Positions 52,640-56,736 of a DNA stretch of 56,736 nt are shown here, piece after piece. Where the stretch lies: contig JYFJ02000610.1 of NCBI GenBank assembly GCA_000934665.2, positions 62,001 through 118,736 of the forward strand. Direction: 5' to 3'. Positions within the stretch are counted from its first letter, which is position 1, and each line of letters begins with the position of its first letter. The DNA comes from Catajapyx aquilonaris. Taxonomy: Eukaryota. Below the pieces are notes generated by a model. It was given only the letters and a program-made list of their open reading frames with translations. It was not told where the DNA came from and made no database searches. Both the position numbers and the translations under genes were made by a program.

Positions 52640-53226
52640 TTTTGTTACCCCGTGATGGGGCGGAGCATTTTAGGGGGGTGGCATACCACCGTCAGTTTTC
52701 TTCGATTTTTCAGCCTCTTACTTCGCACCTGGTGGGTCCATGGATGGGGAAGGAAGGACGCGGCTGTGGCCTATTTTTACGAAAACGACCCCGGAATTAT
52801 CCTGGGGGGACCGTGGGAAACTACAGAAAACCACGATCAGGGTCGCCGACCCCGGGATTCGAACCGAGGACCTCCCAATTAGCAGGCGGACTTCATATCC
52901 ACTACACCGACATGCTTCGGTCGATTCACTATATCCGCCAAGGTCAACTCTACAGGAGGGACCGAAATAGGTTGGTGCAGTGGATAGAGAGCCCGACTGC
53001 TAATCTGGAGGTCCTGGGTTCGATTCCCGGGGCCGGCGATCCTGACCGTGGTTTTCTGTGATTTTCCACGGTCCCCCCAGGATAATTTCGGGGTCGCTTC
53101 CGTATATAGGCCAAAGCCGACCCCTTCCTTCCCTATCCTTGGCCCCATCCAATGGTGGGATTCCACCCCCCTAATGGACGAGCGCCGATTCTCCCAATGG
53201 GTAATCTAGATAAAATAAAATAAAAT
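52640..53226. mobile_element. Head-to-head pair of tRNA-derived SINEs (~52640-52920 -; ~52958-53226 +)
   Basis: A box TGGTGCAGTGG, B box GGTTCGATTCC, shared body and (TAAAA)n tail. Confidence 0.75.
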
Positions 53227-53929
53227 GAATAGAATCTACAGGAAGGTGTATTTGGGTTACTTAAAATATATTGTTGCCAGCCTCATTCCCCGCTGACCAA
53301 TGAGAAACAGTATAATAGAATTTTTAAATAGAACTCCTTCGTCTGTCCGTCTGTTGACATGTATCAGAGTCTAAACCGCAAGAGATAGCAAGAAACGGTT
53401 TTCGGATTCGGATTCAGCGCGACCAAAATAGGCTACGTACTCGATTTCCGGTGATCCATCACTTCCGGTTTTCCGCGAAGGTCAAGTTTACACCGGGAAA
53501 TAAGACCATGTCATTGTGTGTCCAGTTAGAATCGCATCGTGTCGTATCGTATAACAGTTTCTGTCTCATTTCCCACTGCCCAATGAGAAAAAGGATACTC
53601 GAATCACGCTCGCTTTGCCAATTTTGTTTTTAAAATATGTACTTAATATGCCAAATGGGATCATTTATAATTTGATTTTAAAACAATGCAATAGTACTTA
53701 TTGTAATAAATATAGTCCCACAGTAGACTAATTAATGACAGTTTAATGATAGGGAAATTTTGCATTCAACTTTAAGAACTTTGTTATCACATCATAGTGG
53801 GGCAATAGTATTTATCTTGCCCACCAAACCTAGCTAATTAGTAATTACAGTCCCGGGTAATTAGGTAAAATTGTTAATAAATAAAAATAGTTAAATTAAT
53901 AATACTTTAAACAAGGATACGCTCTAAAT

Positions 53930-54645
53930 TGGTTAATTACTTTAAATTATTTTATTTAAATTATTTTAAAATTTATTTAAATGCCATATTTAATCCTTTT
54001 AAATTTATTTTAAAATTGATTTAAATTCCACATAGGTATTTTTAATATTTTATCATTTATTAAAAAATTTATTTAAATATTTAAAAATTATTTAAAAATT
54101 TATTTAAATATTAAAAATTTATTTAAATATTAAAAATTTATTTAAATATTAAAAATTTATTTAAATATTAAAAATTTATTTAAAAATTTATTTAAATATT
54201 AAAAATTTATTTAAAAATTTATTTAAATATTAAAAATTTATTTAAAAATTTATTTAAATATTAAAAATTTATTTACATCTTAAAAATTTATTCAAAAATT
54301 TATTTAAATACATGTACTTTGTTTTCATATTTATTTCAATTTTCAATTTTTAGATTTAAATTTATTTAAATGCTTTATTTTTAGATTTACTTCAATTTTC
54401 CATTTTAAAATTTAAATTTATTTAAATGTTTAATTTTTGATTTATTTAAATGTTCAATTTTTAGATTATTTTATTTAAATGCTCAATTTTTAGATTTATT
54501 TAAATGCTCAATTTTTAGATTTATTTCAATTTTCAGTTTATTTAAACTTTATTTTTAGATTTATTTCAATATTCAATATTCAATATTATTTAAATACTTT
54601 ATATTCATTTGAATTTTCCATTTTAAAATTTAAATCTATTTAAAT
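53930..54645. repeat. AT-rich minisatellite (TTAAAAATTTATTTAAATA unit and variants)
   Basis: Direct tandem repeats read from the sequence. Confidence 0.9.
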
Positions 54646-55609
54646 ACTTACTTGGAGTAGTGGCAGTAGGCATTTGACCACCAGTATAATCCGGCAGATG
54701 TCGCATCTCTCGCCCTCTTTCACTCCAGCGCCATCTACACCTCCAATTAAATTCAACGCAATGGAAATACGAACTAAGGAAATCCTAACCTTGTTGGTTC
54801 TAAGCTTTTCTTCCCTCCCCCCCTCCGCCCCTTCTTCCCTCGCCTGTCTCCCTTATCCTTTATAATCAGGTCTTCTCCTCCTTCCCCCACCTCCTTCTCC
54901 GCTTTTAATTTGCTAAGATCCCAGAGGAAATAAAGCCCCATGGTAGGGAAACACCTCGGATGGATCCTTTTGTGTTTCCGGAGAGTCTGAATAGGAACCG
55001 GAGCCGCTTTCACCCAACACCCACCCCAATCGGTTGCTTCTTCTTCGCCTTCTTCTTCTTCTCCTCCTCCTCCAGATCCGGGCATCCGTAAGGAGACTGG
55101 ATTTCTGCACCCCCGTATCCATGGAAAAGCTCATCCGTTACCTAATTGAAATCCAACCATCCACCTCTTCTATATGGGGAATTAAAATCCGGGACACACG
55201 ATGCTACTGCTAATGCAAGGCAGGATAGTTCTAGGTCCTATCTTTTTTTAAATGTAAAGAAACGGGTATAAAATGGGTATTTACAATCAACGCCATCTGG
55301 GGTGTAGTGTGGGAACTGGCATTTGTCGACAGCACCATCCTTGTAACTGACAGATCAGCCAGCGCCATCCTGTGGTGTATTTTTGAAACCTCAAGTTAAT
55401 CACCAACCACGCTATAGTTAGGAGTTTCGCCAGGAGATGGCGTGTGTCATTGTCTTGAGGCGGACCTGGGTGGAGGCTACCTGCTTTGTAACTAGCCTAA
55501 GTGGAGGCTATCTAAATAAAGAGGTTGTATGCATCCGGTATTTTCTAGGACCACTAATAGGCTACGACCCAGAGCGACCATTTGAGGTGTAATAAACAAA
55601 CAAACAAAT

Positions 55610-56500
55610 ATTTGCGGGGTAATTAATTGATTAATTTGGGGGTAATTAATTGATTAATTAATTTGATGGGTAATTAATTGATTTGAAGAGCAAGAAATTA
55701 ATAAATAAATTTGAGGGGCAGTAAATTAATTAATCTAGGGGGTAATTGATTTATTAACTTATTACCCCTCGAGTCAATTAATTAATTAATTAATTAATTG
55801 TCCTGGAACCGAATTAATTTCGTGAGGAAGTGATTAATTTCAAGGGCAATAAATTAATTAATTTGAGGGGGTAGTTAACTAATATTAATTCATGTGTGGG
55901 GAAATTAATTGATTAATTTGAAGGTCAATAAATAAATAAATTTGAGGGGGTAGTTAACTAATTCATTCATTTGTGGGGCAATAAATTAATTAATTCGAGT
56001 TGTAATTAATTAACTTATTGCCCCTCAAATTAATTAATTAATTGTCATTGAAACTAATTAATTTGAGGGGCAATAAGTTAATGAATTAATTATCTTATAT
56101 ATTGATTGCCCTTCAAATTAATTTCCCCCAATTAACTAATGAATTAATTACCGCCCAAACCAATTTATTAATTACCCCCAATTAACTAATGAATTAATTA
56201 CCGCCCAAACCAATCAATTACTTACCCCAAATCAACTAATTAATTACCCTCAAATTAATTAGTTTCAAGGACAACTAATTAATTAATTTGAGGGGTAATA
56301 AATTGGCTTATATATTATTTAATTGTCCTTGAAACCAGTTCATTTGAGGGTAATTAATTAATTAGTTAATATGAGGGGAAATTAATTTGAATTTGCAATA
56401 AATAAATTTGAGGGGTAATTAATTAACTAACTTATTATCTTTCAAATTAATTCATTTCAATGGCAATTAATTAATTAATTTGAGGGAAAAATAAATAAAT
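55610..56500. repeat. AT-rich degenerate repeat (TTAATTAA / TTTGAGGGG) in both orientations
   Basis: Recurring motif read from the sequence. Confidence 0.8.
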
Positions 56501-56736
56501 ACATAAGTAAATAAAATACTATACAGGGTGATCAAACTTTTTTGTCGTTTTAGTTATTGACTAATTCGGCCTAAGCTGCTTATATTGTAGCCCGTTACCT
56601 GGCAACCCCGTCCGGCGGGCCAATTCAAACATCGGCACATGGAGAGCGCTTCCATTGTTGCCACTGTTTACAAATCGAGTGAGTGAGTGCGCAGGCAGAA
56701 GAGACCCGTCGCTGGGCAGTCCGCGTCACTCACTCG

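Noticed and set aside
52958..53040. Possible tRNA genes (also ~8810, ~24860, ~48200)
   Set aside because: A and B boxes are present, but there is no convincing cloverleaf and each continues into a repeat-like non-tRNA body, as SINE heads do.

Overview
Eukaryotic genomic DNA from an arthropod, probably a pancrustacean (TTAGG repeats, ionotropic receptors, prophenoloxidase, lolal, many 50-60 nt introns). The first ~10 kb and last ~8 kb are repeat-rich and have no supportable genes. The gene-dense core holds a TTC9-like TPR gene, two small minus-strand cysteine-motif genes with a GFRP-like gene nested antisense in one intron, three intronless divergent ionotropic receptors, a 9-exon prophenoloxidase, lolal immediately followed by DHX34, and a 9-unit polyubiquitin with an intron inside its CDS. 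The most interesting item is only partly shown in the ORF track: an inverted, diverged ubiquitin copy (46611-46858) appears to be the last exon of an intact two-exon gene whose first exon (48559-48640) encodes a signal peptide, giving a candidate secreted ubiquitin-like protein. The second is an apparent shared transcription unit for lolal and the NMD helicase DHX34. All exon models were derived by hand from GT/GC-AG boundaries and frame continuity, with no transcript data. Repeat coordinates are approximate.
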